Assembly: GCA_028534125.1 (NCBI GenBank)
Contig: CM052816.1
Location: 23,748,001 to 23,812,000 of the forward strand
Length of the DNA: 64,000 bases
Direction of reading: 5' to 3'
Origin: Lama glama
Lineage: Eukaryota
Of the stretch, positions 1-11,662 are shown one piece after another. Numbering within the stretch: position 1 is the first letter of the stretch; the number at the start of each line of letters is the position of its first letter. Below the pieces are notes generated by a model. That model made no database searches. It was not told where the DNA came from and saw nothing but the letters and a program-made list of their open reading frames with translations. Both the position numbers and the translations under genes were made by a program.

Positions 1-1179
1 TAGGGGGGAGTGGAAGGCCAGGTTCTCCACTAGCACATGGGGCAACAGGGGGATGGAGTGGCTCATTACTTGGCCTTCTCTGACACTGCCCTGGAGGGGA
101 ACATCTTATTACAGCCTGGCAAGGATGAAAGTTTAAAGTCTCCACTTGGCCTTTGCTGGTTGGGGAGTGACTACATTTTTTTCTATGTTTAGCTGATGAT
201 AGAGCAGTTATTATGCACAGGTTTTCTGTCTGGCTAGTGCACCCTTTTCCTGTCCTTTGGCTAGAGAATGCAGGGTTTTCTTGGAGACTTCTTTTGGTCC
301 GTGCCAGTTGTCATTTCCAGGTTGCCACCTTCTCCAGCACCTAGTCCAGGATCTATGATGCAGAAACAGGCAAACAAACAAACTTCATGAACTCACTTTC
401 ACGTTGTGACTCAGATCCCTGGCTGGTTTGCCATCTTCTCTCCACCGTTCAGAGTCTTCTTATTCTTTTTCCTATACGCAACGTCTGGGATGTTTAGCTA
501 AGTATATTTTGCAAGAGGACTAGAGGAAAGTATATCTGCTCCATCTTTCTAGAACCCTGTCTTTGTTTTTCCTGTGGTGTCTTAAGCCAAATCCCAGGCA
601 TCATATAATTTCTCCCACCAAGAATGCAATCAGTACTGGAAAATACTGGTAAAAAATACAGCCATGATACCATTGTCACGTCCCCTAAAATTGAAAATAA
701 GTCTTCACTACCTAATAATCAGTTCCTTCTTGAAGATTGCCTCAAAACATCGTTTTATGCCTGTGTTCAAATAACAATCCCAGGTAAGGTGACAAATATT
801 TCATTTGGTTGTTAGACCAAAGCAGTTCCCTCCCTTTTCTCTACTCATGTCATTTACTTGAGGAGAATTGGTCCTGGGATATCTCCCCACATTGTAGATC
901 TGGCTGACTGTGTTCTTGAGGTATCATTTAATATGTTTTACTACTCTCTATAGTTCCTAGAAACTGGTAGTTAAATATAAAGGTATGATTACCTTTGGGT
1001 TCAATTTTTTTGAAAAAGTTATTTCATAGGCAGTTCTGTGTGCCTCTTGTTCCACCACTTAAGCAGACGAACAACATCTGATTATCCTATTTTTCACGAG
1101 TTAGCAATAATCAGTAGGTTCTGGGGATAATAGCTTGAACTATTCATTAAAAAGTTCCCCATTGACTGTTCACCTAATG

Positions 1180-1386
1180 CAGGGTTTCTCGAATAAATTG
1201 CTATTTTGAACCAGATAATACTTTGTTATGGGGGACTGTCCTGTGAATTGCAGCATATTTAGCAGGATCCCTGGTACCCTCAACACTCTGGTACCATACA
1301 CACCATCATGCTGTGACAATAAAAATGTCTCCAGATATTGCCAAATGACCCTCAGGGAGAAAATGGCCCTGAGTTGAGAATCCCTG
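1180..1386 (-). mobile_element. MER20 (hAT-Charlie non-autonomous DNA transposon)
   Basis: TIRs cagggtttctc / gagaatccctg; diagnostic aaaaatgtctccagatattgccaaatg; degenerate 8-bp TSD acctaatg / acttaaca. Confidence 0.85.
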
Positions 1387-2544
1387 ACTTAACAGTTTTA
1401 GCTGTCATTAGTAACTGTTGCCTGGGTCCATTATTTCATCAGAGATTGCAAAGTCGTGATTTTTCTAATTGTATCATTCCTGTGTTTACAACTATGATTT
1501 TCTTAAAAAAGAAATACTTTCTCTAAGTCTTTCCAGCAAAGGCAGAATAAGTGTTTGATTATTTTATTTATCAGTACTTCTAGAATAATAAGCTGTGCCC
1601 GAACAATCTCACTAAATAATTTTTGTTTCGAGTATCATTTGTAACTCCTGAATATTTACACATTTCATATATTTCAATCCTTTTCAGACATTTTTCAATT
1701 TTTCCCATCTCTGGTCAGTGGAATCTTCTTCAAATTAGGTCCAGTTTCCTTTTGACATGACCCTAATAGTTTGGTAATTTCCTTGCTTTCAAATATGACA
1801 AAACAGATAGTCCAGATTCACATTACATGTTTCCACCCCAGAGCTGCAATCACCTACTTATCCAAGGAGTCCTTGTTCCTTCTCCTGGAAAATGGTACTT
1901 AGGGACCACAATCTGGGCACAATGGATGTTTACTGCTACTGAGTTGTCACTACCTTCAGGTCTTTTCAATGTGTAGGACCAGGAAATGCATATTTTTTGT
2001 ATGATAAAAGTAAGTTCTGATTTCATATTGTCATTTGAATTCAAGTTAGTGTTTTTATTTTTATATTTAATTTCTTAATTTCTCTTATGCTGAAATCATG
2101 ATATCTAATATCTGTCTCCCTCTTTCTCTCTCTACCCTCTCAATCTCTCTCACATTACCACCATGGAATGCAATTTCAGACTCCTTTGTTGTTCATTTCA
2201 TCCTGAGGTTATATCCTACTAAAGATGTACAGTCCAAGTACAGTGTTTAAATGTTGCTTTAAATAATTATTCTCTCTGCTTATGTGACTAATGTGATAAA
2301 CAGGTTGAATGTTTTAGTTTGATTTCAGTTCTTAGGGATTGCTTTTTAAAAATTTAATTTTAACTGTCTAAAATATACATACGGTTCCAAAGTTAGAGCT
2401 ATAAACAAGGCATATTTGGAAAGGTCTAGGTTTCATCATTATCAATTCCTTCACATCCTCTTCCTTCTCTAAGATAACTATTTTAATTAGACATGCATGT
2501 GTGCTCCAAAAAAGTAGCATCCAGTATATAATATCCTGCACCTT

Positions 2545-2814
2545 ACATTAAAACTTAAATTCAGTTAAAATGTAGTAAAATATACATAACATAAAACTTA
2601 TCATTTTAGCCAGATTTAAGTATAAAATTCGGGGGCATTAAGTTCATTCACAATGATGTGTAATCATTGTCATGCTATTAATTTTCAGAACATTTTCATC
2701 ATCCTAAATGAAAATTCTCTACCAATTAAACAATGATTCCTCATTCTGTTCTCCCACTCCAGCCCTTGGTAAATTTTAGTCTTCTTTTTGTCTCAATAGA
2801 CTTGCCTGTTCTAT
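2545..2814 (-). mobile_element. L1MB-type 3' end, 5'-truncated
   Basis: gtaaaatatacataacataaaacttatcatttta...ggcattaagttcattcaca; flanking direct repeat ctgcacctt at 2536-2544 and 2815-2823. Confidence 0.75.
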
Positions 2815-4502
2815 CTGCACCTTTTTTTCCCTATTGAATTGTATATTCCAGAGATCATCCATAGGAGTACATAGAGATCCTCATTCATTTTTCACAGGTT
2901 TATGGTATTCCATCGAATGGATTAAACTATACTCAGCTAGTTCCTTATTGAGGGGAACTTTGTGTTTCTAATCTTTTGCTATTATAAACAGTGTTGCAAT
3001 GGACAGACTACTGCATTTATCATTTCATTTTTTCACCTGTATACGTTTTAATTACATTTCTAAATGTGGAAGTGGTGATTCTAAGGATAAATGTATTTGC
3101 AGTTTTAGAACATTTGGATTTGATGTGATAGACAGAAATGAGCCACAAAATTATTTAAGTATTAAATAAAAATCCATTTGACAGGACTAAATGTTTAAAG
3201 AGTATGATTAAAACACTTCCCAAGATATACTTTATTTAGCTCTTTTACTTAAAATGATTTTGGCTGAAGGACAGGGCATGACAAATACCTCTATTGCTGT
3301 CTTTAATTTCTTTAGATTTGAACAGACTGGTGTCCCACATGAAATTACGCAGCTCCTACTTTTTCTTATGCCTTATGAGAATTCTGAAAGAAGGGATACT
3401 ACCTTAAAACTTTTTGCCTGACTACACTGGGGGAAAAAAAGGAGGGAGTTATGCCAATTCTAAGAGATTTCTGGCTGCCAAACAGCACATCTGGGCAATT
3501 CGGGCCAGGAAAAAAAATTTAGGTATATAAATCTTTAAAGTAAGTTTTCTAGGCCTGAAGAATCCAGACATTGCTCTCTCGTACTGTTTCCTAAACAGTT
3601 CTTGGACGGTCAGTCCCGGTTTTCAGGGGTGTTTGATTTTTAATTATGAAATGCCACGGACTGAGGGACGACTAGGACTTCACAGACATCTCATGAAAGC
3701 AGTGTCACAAAGGAAGACCCCAGAGCTGAGTGAGCAGAGAGGCAGCTCTTACAGGTTCAGAGGGCAAGTGGCCGGCCTGGATGCACCAATTGCTAGGGTT
3801 TAATCATTAATCAGGAGTCCAACCCGGGAACCAAGGATATGACCCCCAGACCCATTTACCCACCCCGTGCTCCCCTTCCGCCCCCAACACACTTCAGGGG
3901 CTCTCACTCCTCTCTGGCTGCAAACCCGTGCGGAGCCCTGCCGGCTCGCCCCGGAGCACACCCTCAGCACGGACTCCCCAGGACCACGGCGCAGGCACAG
4001 TGCCGAGGTCCCCCGTGGCTGCGTGAGCCCTCTCTTGGAGGCCGAGGGCTCATTTCAATCCGGAAACGCCCAGCCCCTCCGCGGGTGCCGCAGACTGACG
4101 CCGCTCCCGGTGGGGAGGTGGGGGTAGCAGGCCGGTGGGGAGGGCTTGGCCTCCTCGAATTGAGGTTGCAGCCAACTCCCGCTCGAGTCCCCATTCCTGC
4201 TTGACTGCGAATCCCTCCACCCCGGGTCTGGATCCTTGCAGGAGGACCCGTTCTCATCCTCAATCGTGTGGCCTCTGTCCCGCGGGGAAGTTCAGCTGCG
4301 GGTCTAGCCAAGCCGGGCGCGTTTAGAGGCCCTCGTCCCTGGTCCGAGGCCCGGCGAGGATGGAGGGGGAAGGGAAGGGGCTGCTGCCTCCTTCCCCAAA
4401 TCCGGTCCCTAACCGCCCCCTCCCCCGTCGTCTGCTCGCTTTGTACAGGCAGTCAAAACAGAGCTAGCGGCCAATTGAGGGGGACGGGAAGCAAAGCCGA
4501 CT

Positions 4503-4800
4503 GACTCCTCGCCCCCTCCTCCCGGCCCCCCGGCCCTCCCTCCCCTTTCCCACTTCTCTCCTCGCCCTAACCTCGCCCCCATCCCCCGCTCATTTCCTCT
4601 CGCACCCAGGCTCGCCAATCCCTCTTTCCAAGCCTCTTTTCCAACCCTGGCCTTCCTCTCCTGTTCGCCCCCCTTCTCCCCAATCTCAGTCCTCTCCCCT
4701 CCCTACACCCTACCCCCTTCCTTCCTCTTCCCCTCCCCCAGCCCCTGGCTCCCCTGGTTCCTCCCCACCCGATCGCCCCCTTACTCTGTCTCCGCCCACT
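4503..4800. repeat. C/T-rich low-complexity polypyrimidine tract
   Basis: About 300 bp dominated by C and T on the + strand with many C3-C6 runs. Confidence 0.85.
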
Positions 4801-5317
4801 CTGTGCCGGCCCCTCGGTCGGAGCTGCGCCCCACGTGTGGACTGCTGCGCTCCAGCCCCCACTGACAGCCGCCGCCCGCCGGCCCGCCCAGCGCCCCGCC
4901 GGGCCTCAAAACCCCCGCGCCGCGCCCTCGCCCGCTGCATCTTCCCCGGCGTCCAGCCTCCCGCCCTCCCTCTTACCGGCGGCTCGCTCCGGCCCCGCGC
5001 ACCTCCGCCCGGCTCCTCAGCCGTCGCCGGCGCGTTGCTGCCCCGAGGGACTTCGGGCGAGCTGGGAGAAGACCCTCCTCTTCTATAGGGGGCAACTTTT
5101 GTTTGCTTGCCGGCTCCTTTCTGGTAACTTCTGCAGCTTTCCAAGATCAGTGCCCGGAGCGCACGGGAATCCGCCGAGTCGCTGCGTGCAGGCCCTTTTT
5201 TTCTTTTGAGGTCCGCTTTCTTTGTAACTTTACGCCGCGGCTGCTCGGGTTACTTTTGTAATTTCCCGCCCCCGCTTGCTGGCGGTCCTGGAGTCGCTCG
5301 GGGCAGCGGCCCGGGGG

Positions 5318-5383
5318 ATGCAACGTGGACCGCGCGGGGCTGCCGGCCGCTCCGCCGCCGCGCCTCGCCGCCCGCTGCGCTAG
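5318..5383 (+). other. Candidate upstream ORF (MQRGPRGAAGRSAAAPRRPLR*)
   Basis: gggATGc at 5318, TAG at 5381-5383; same frame as main ATG; inclusion in the mRNA depends on TSS position. Confidence 0.5.
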
Positions 5384-5578
5384 AGCCTGCTCCCCGCCAG
5401 CAGCCAGGGGGCCGGCGCTCGGTCGGGGGCTCCCGCTAGAGCAGGGAGCCCGAGCCCAAGGGAGTCCCGGGAGCCGACGAAGGGCTTGTTGGACCCTGAC
5501 TTTTTTCGGGCCGCGCATATTTTGTCTTTGAGCGCTTGCTCACCGCGGACCACGGTCCGCGCGCTCTCGGCGCCCGCG

Positions 5579-5832
5579 ATGGGGAGACGGCGGCGGCTGT
5601 GTCTCCAGCCCTACTTCGTGTGGCTGGGCTGCGTGGCGCTCTGGGCGCAGGGCACGGCCAGCCAGCCCCAGCCTCCGCAGCCCAAGCAGCCCCGGCCTCA
5701 GCCGCCACCGCAACAGGTCCGGACCGCAGCGGCGGGCTCCGAAGGCGGGTTCGCGGTGCCCGAGTATCGGGAGGAGGGCGTCGCGGCGGCCAGCCGCGTC
5801 CGCAGGCGAGGACAGCAGGACGTGCTCAGAGG
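5579..5832 (+). CDS. FBN2: FBN2 coding exon 1: signal peptide, P/Q-rich propeptide, furin site RVRRR (5795-5809)
   Basis: ATG in strong context (gcgATGg) at 5579; translation MGRRRRLCLQPYFVWLGCVALWAQGTASQPQPPQ...QQDVLRG; donor GG|gtaggt at 5833; 254 nt, phase 2. Confidence 0.97.
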
Positions 5833-6644
5833 GTAGGTGGGCAGGCGGCACGGGGCGGGGGGAGTCTTGGCTTGGCAGCTTTCCATCCCACCCACTCCCT
5901 GAAACTAGTTCTGGCGGCTAGTGGTGGCCCTCTCCACCAGCAGACCGCGAAGACTCCCAGGAACGCCTCCCCCTTTTCCTCCGCAGCTCTGCGGGCAACA
6001 AGCCCTCCCTCGAGGGGTTGGGCGGCGGGTGGGTCAGAGGCCCCTGAGTGCGGACGGCAGAGCGCCTGCCGAGCCCGCCGTGCGGGAACAGGTTCTCAAT
6101 GTCGGGCGGAAGGCGCGCGTGAGTCCACCCGGCGCGGCGCTGGGGCTGGCGGCGGAGTCTGCCTGCTCCCCACCGTCGGGGGCGCCGCTGCCGAGCCTTT
6201 TGTTTGAGGACGTGTGCGGGGCTTACAGCCCACTCTAAACATCAAGCCGAGCGCTCCACCTTCCGACGCGCCATCCTTGACACGTCGGGGCCAAAGCAAC
6301 AGTTGATCAAGGAAGGATGGATTTGGGGACGAGGTCTAGGATTTTAGAAACGGCGTGTTCCCTTTGTTCTCTGCATCTGGAGGCTAGAATAGTACCAAAT
6401 TATATGTTTCCATGTTTCTTTTCGCGCTTTAAAAAGGCAGCAACCAAGGACAGATGAAAGGCAATGTTTAGACGTTTCTGACCCTCCCCCATTACAGTGT
6501 CTCATTTACTTCCATGTCTGCGGCCCAAGCCCCAAGAATTTAAGTAGTTTTGGTTGGTTTGTTGTCCCGAAATCTTACAAAAACTGCTAATGCGTGACCG
6601 CACCCCTCTCTACGAGTGTGTGTGACTTCGCTTGTCCGTCACAG

Positions 6645-6727
6645 GCCCAACGTGTGCGGATCCAGGTTCCACTCATACTGCTGCCCGGGATGGAAGACGC
6701 TCCCTGGAGGAAACCAGTGCATTGTCC
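6645..6727 (+). CDS. FBN2: FBN2 coding exon 2: N-terminal 4-Cys (FUN) domain
   Basis: Acceptor gtcacag|G, donor CC|gtgagt; encodes [27 protein letters not shown]; 83 nt keeps the frame with exons 1 and 3. Confidence 0.97.
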
Positions 6728-8902
6728 GTGAGTGCTTGGCTGGGGTCACAGCTTGGGGCAGCACGCAGGGCCCCAGATCAGGGCCGACCTCTTGCATTCA
6801 GTCGTCTGGACACAGAGTTGCTTTTAGAATCCGGTGGCCACATAGCAGTAATAATTAGGACGCGGCCCCGTTTGAATGGTGGGGAAGCAGCAGCCAGTTT
6901 GCTTCTGTTTAGACTTCGCTTCTAGACTCTGTTGAAGGGCAATAATGATAAAGGTTTCAAAGATACTTGGAAGTTTTATCTTTCTATGTCTATTAATACA
7001 AATTGAAGGGGGAGTGGAGCAATTCCCTAGATAACCCCAAACCACTTTTTCCTGAAAGAGTGCAGATAAGACCTCAATGTGATTATGTAAATTATCTGTC
7101 TTTTGGCTCTGTGTGAGGTTTAAGCCATATGGATTCTTAGGCCTCTGTACAAAGCCACTTATTATCAATGGTTTCATCTCAGAAACAACGTTAACATAGG
7201 TATGAACAGAGCATTCTTAGAGATTTAGAGTTGACCCGGGTTAACAAAAGTTTCAAAAGGACTCTTCCAAATAGTTTGACTTTTTTGGAGGGGTGAGGAC
7301 GACATTTAAATTTAGAATTTCCAGATCCCAAATCGCATAGCGTGCAGTAGATTTCCAAAGTGTGAGTCTTAGGACTTCAGAAGTTTGGCACATCTGACCT
7401 TAAAAGTTTTGATCATTTTATTCAGTTCCCAGAGTGTATACCCAGCTCTCCAAGTTTTAATTGGAGAAGTTGTTAGTTATCAGCCTCACAGTGATAGACT
7501 GTGGGATGTCTTATGTCGCATGCCTGTGAATTTGTGAGTTTAAGTGTGACTGGCCTTTCCGTGTGTGTTTATATAGCACAGCCACATCTGTCTTGTGGGA
7601 GGAGAGCCAGGTATCATGGACAGCACATTCATTGAAAGTCAGTCTTGACTTTAGATTGACCTTGATGTTCTCCAGGGGAAAGGTAATTATGCAACAAGAA
7701 ACAGAGAAAAAGGGCAAGCCACACTAGCCAAGGGGTAATAAGGATGTAGTGGCATCTCTGACTCTATATTTATTGGTTTTGTGGGTTCAAGATAGACGCT
7801 TAATGTTATTTCAGTGCAGTTTTTAAAAAAGCATGAAATCTCGAGTGCTGTGAAGATTAGCTTCTTATTTTTTCTACTCTGAAAGAATCCCACGATCTCC
7901 AGTGATGGGGCGGAATAAGAAGCAACAACTATGTTCTTTGAGGTGACTCATAAATATTTTAAATAAACACTCTGATTACAAGCCCTTCCTTTTGTTAAAA
8001 AGAAAGGAAGGGTATTGGATTCATTTCTCTCCAATACAGAAGTCATGTATGTGAAGCATTTGTGGAGGGTGCCTTTACTTTTTCGTGCCAGTAGGGCGTT
8101 ACTGTGCCTGCTTTAAACCTACAAGGTTCCTAGAGTCTTGAAACAGCTAACGTCACTCAGCACACACCTGCCGTTCCAGCCGGGAGTGACTTAGGCACTG
8201 CGGAAATTCTGACTCACTAGATGTAATGAATGTGACTGCCATTATTGAGTTGGAGGGCAGCCGAGGAGAAGGGATTGGTTTATGGTACATGTTGAAAATC
8301 TGTAAAGTCAGATTTTATTGGATCAGTGTGGAATAGGAATTCCAGAGAACAGAGCCTTTCAGAATATTTACAGTAGAAATAGACATACAAATACATGTAT
8401 GTGGCTCTCTGAGTGTCAGCTTAAAATACTTTGAGTCTTTGAATAACATTGTGCCCTTTACATGTTTAGAAGATCAGTTTTGGAAATCTCAGAGTAACAG
8501 TGAATATTGCACCCTGCTTTTCTACTACTTCAGATATTTGGGTGCTTATGAAATATATTGGAATGTCCATGTATCACAAATCTATAAAAATCATAATCTT
8601 TGAAATAATCTTTATATCTCTGAGAAACATTTACAGTACCTGTGTCAAGAGAGATCTACAAAAATATTTATTAGCACATTTAAAAAAGTAATTCAAATGC
8701 TCAAGAGTATAAAATGGTGTACAAAAGAGAGGGAGAATGTAATGCCTTTATATTCTCTTGCATGGGTCTTAAATAAAATTTATCTTTGAATATTTTGGAT
8801 TAAATTCAGTGGTTAAATTATTACGACATTTAAAACCATAATATGTGGAGGTAATTACCCAATTGAAATCATCATACAATCAAAATACAGTTTTCATTCC
8901 AT

Positions 8903-9313
8903 GAAATTCTGCCATTTGCAACAACATGGATGGACCTAGAAAATATTATTCTTAGTGAAATGTCAGACAGAGACAAATGCTGTATCATATCCCTTACATG
9001 TGAAATCTAAAAAATAATACAAATGAATGTATATGCAAAACAGAAACAGACTCACAGAGATAGAAAACAAACTAGTGGCTACCAGTGAGGAAAGGGGAGG
9101 GAGAAAGAACAAGCCAGGGTTATGGAATTCATAGATATGGACTACTATGTGTAAAATAGTTAGGCAACAAGAATATATGGTGTAACACAGGGAATTTGAG
9201 CCATTGTCTTGTAATAACTCATAGTGGAGTATAATCTGCAAAAATACGGAATCACTGTACTATGCGTTTGAAATTATAATATTCTAAATCAGTTATACTT
9301 CAGTTTAAAAAAA
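8903..9313 (+). mobile_element. L1 3' end (ORF2 C-terminus, 3' UTR, A tail), laurasiatherian/cetartiodactyl type
   Basis: gaaattctgccatttgcaacaacatggatggacctaga...ttatacttcagtttaaaaaaa matches the L1 ORF2 end motif (FATTWMDLE). Confidence 0.85.
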
Positions 9314-11662
9314 GAGTCTGCATTCTAGGATTTTTTCATGATAACAAATTATTCATTATATTTGCATAAGATTCACCCTCTGGCCAAAGAAAAGCCTCTA
9401 AGACAACTTACAAAAAGAGAGTAAGTAAAATACAAATAGAAAAAGAGGACCAAAGATTAATTTTCTCAAAAACTTACATTTTTTTTCTTTTATAGAGATA
9501 TTAAGGTGATCAACTTCTAGGAATTTCAACCTGTTTGGCCTTGACCAGGCTTCAAGAGGAGAAGATATTAAAATAAAAATGTATCTCAAACTACTGGAAA
9601 CCTAATGTATTTTGATTTGAGCTTCTGTATTTTGTTGTTATTGTTCTTAATTGTGGCCTATAAAAATCACTGAAGTACTTCCAGACTTTCAAATATTTGT
9701 TTCCAAAAGGATGAAACTGATTTTCTCACTTTCCATTTGTTTTTTTTTTTAATCTTGTTAGAACATGAAGCAATGGAAAAACTTGCTTTTTAATTATTGT
9801 ATTGTGAAATTATGCTGTGAAAAACATTCTGATCAGTGGAATAACAGTGGGAAGGGGCTGGCCCAGAATCATAGCATTTGAGACCTGAAGAGTCATCAGA
9901 ACACCCCAGTATAATCCTTTTGTTTTATTTTACCAGTGAGAAAACTAAACCCAGAAAAGCTGTGGGGTTTTTTCCTGAGCTTGCAATGGGTCAGTGGCAG
10001 AGTGGGGACTCACCCTCAAACCTCTTCTTACCATTTATTCTCTACTGTGCCAGGCGTCTTCTCCTAGAATCACTGAAATCCCAACGCCCAGGTCCTCTCT
10101 TCCTTGCCCTCTAGTATTCCTGGTTCTTGTGGGTTTTGTGATTGTGGGAAGGACCAATATCTAGGTGAGACAGAAGAGAGGAGAAAGGGCCTCAGCAGTC
10201 CTGCATCTCCCTGGCTCTCGGATGTGAAGGGAACACGTGTGGCTGTGACAGGGATCTGTCTGAGGATGACCAGTCTCCAGTCCGTCAGACCTTCTTTGGG
10301 TTCAGGATTTGGGAGGGGGCATTTTGTGTATAACCTAAGCCTAGACTAATTGTCTGCCTGCTGGGGATGAGGGAGCTTTGAAATTAAACAGTATTTTAGA
10401 CATTTGTCTTTGGAAAGTTACAGGTGATCAGAAAATATGGTACATTTTAAGTAGTCAGTTCCATGGCAAGAACCATGTTCTTGCCTAAAATTGTTTTTTT
10501 TTACCTTCACGCTATTACCTGTGACATTTTCATTTACAAGAAGTACTGATGGAGATGCTGGACATATTATGTGGATGTCAAAAGGCAGTTTGGAGGAGAA
10601 AAATAATTATTGAGTCCACCTCTGAAGAACATGCCCTTTACAGATTGGGAGTCTCCAATCTCTTTGAAAGTTGTGGCAACCCCCACTTCCCCAGCAAAAG
10701 ACACAGACACACATTTACATACATGTTCATAGCTAGTTTCGGGGCAGTCTCAGACTCTCCTCTTCCTGTCTTGATGTAGCCAGTCATGGAGCATTAAAGC
10801 TCTAGCCTGTTTGTGCAAAGAGAGAATTCGGTCGTGGGTATTGAGATAAATCTGTAAGCTTCTAAATGAACTGACTCTAAATATGGGCGAGACTTCCCAT
10901 TGGAAGGCACTAGGCTAACGATTTTGAGGATCTGTAGTATGTGCTGTGTCCTTGAGCCTAACATTCTTTGCTCTGGTGACCCTCATACCTTGGAGGTCAC
11001 AGCTGCAGGAGGCGTTGACTCTCTCTCCATCAAGATGTCGCTGCAGCTTTTCTGAACAGCAGGAATAGGCTAGGTTGTGGAGGTGACATGGGAGAAGGAA
11101 GGCTGGAGGAAAGAGAGAGGGAATTATTAAGGGGAGCAAAGATTGATGATGGGGTAGGTCAGATACCAGCCGGGAAGGAATGTGCAGGGAACCCCTGTGG
11201 CTTGGCCAGGTTGTTACAGCATGGACTCTCTGGCTCAGCCAGTTTCACATTCTCTGCCTTCCTGGGAAGGTCCTTTACAGAGTGGGCTATGTTTTCTGAG
11301 GTCCTGTGGGTTTCCTCAACCCTCCCAGCTTCCTAGGACCGAGACTGTCTTCTCGTGGTGAATTCTGCCTGTGAACTCCGCCTTGAATGGAAAAGGCCAC
11401 CTGTGCTGATGAGAGTTGAATGGTTAGGATTAGGGAACTTGAAGTAGCTTCACCTGTTCCACATCATCGTAAGGGTAATGATGAGACTGATGACCTGTCT
11501 ACAGTGGGCAGTCTCCTTGTATATCTGAAGTTAGACGTGGTGTGTCCCATATTTTATGTCTGAATTTTTCAGGTTGATAGTTTTTAACTAGCGCTTTCTT
11601 GTTTTGTCAGCGGTGGCTTACTACCTAACTGTTCACTTGCTTTCCTCTTGTGCTTTCTGCAG

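Larger units (their letters stand above)
1..3110 (-). mobile_element. Mosaic of ancient L1M (L1MC/L1ME-like) fragments with nested insertions
   Basis: T-rich antisense L1-like text such as ctccacttggcctttgctgg and ttttgctattataaacagtgttgcaatg; no intact ORF; subfamilies uncertain. Confidence 0.55.
3860..6350. promoter_or_regulatory. CpG island promoter and 5' UTR of FBN2 (CpG-rich shoulder to ~6870)
   Basis: Very high GC and CpG density against AT-rich, CpG-depleted flanks; several GC boxes (ccgccc); spans coding exon 1. Exact TSS cannot be read from sequence. Confidence 0.92.

Noticed and set aside
5083..5090. TATA-like ctataggg
   Set aside because: Poor match to TATAWAWR in a CpG-island promoter; no independent support.
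5486..5578. N-terminal extension of FBN2 suggested by ORF track start at 5486
   Set aside because: Starts at TTG; the ATG at 5579 has strong context and begins the known signal peptide.
3839..6299. Many overlapping 60-223 aa ORFs on both strands in the CpG island
   Set aside because: Stop-codon scarcity in GC-rich DNA; Arg/Gly/Pro/Ala low-complexity products with no recognisable domain. Only the FBN2 frame from 5579 is supported.
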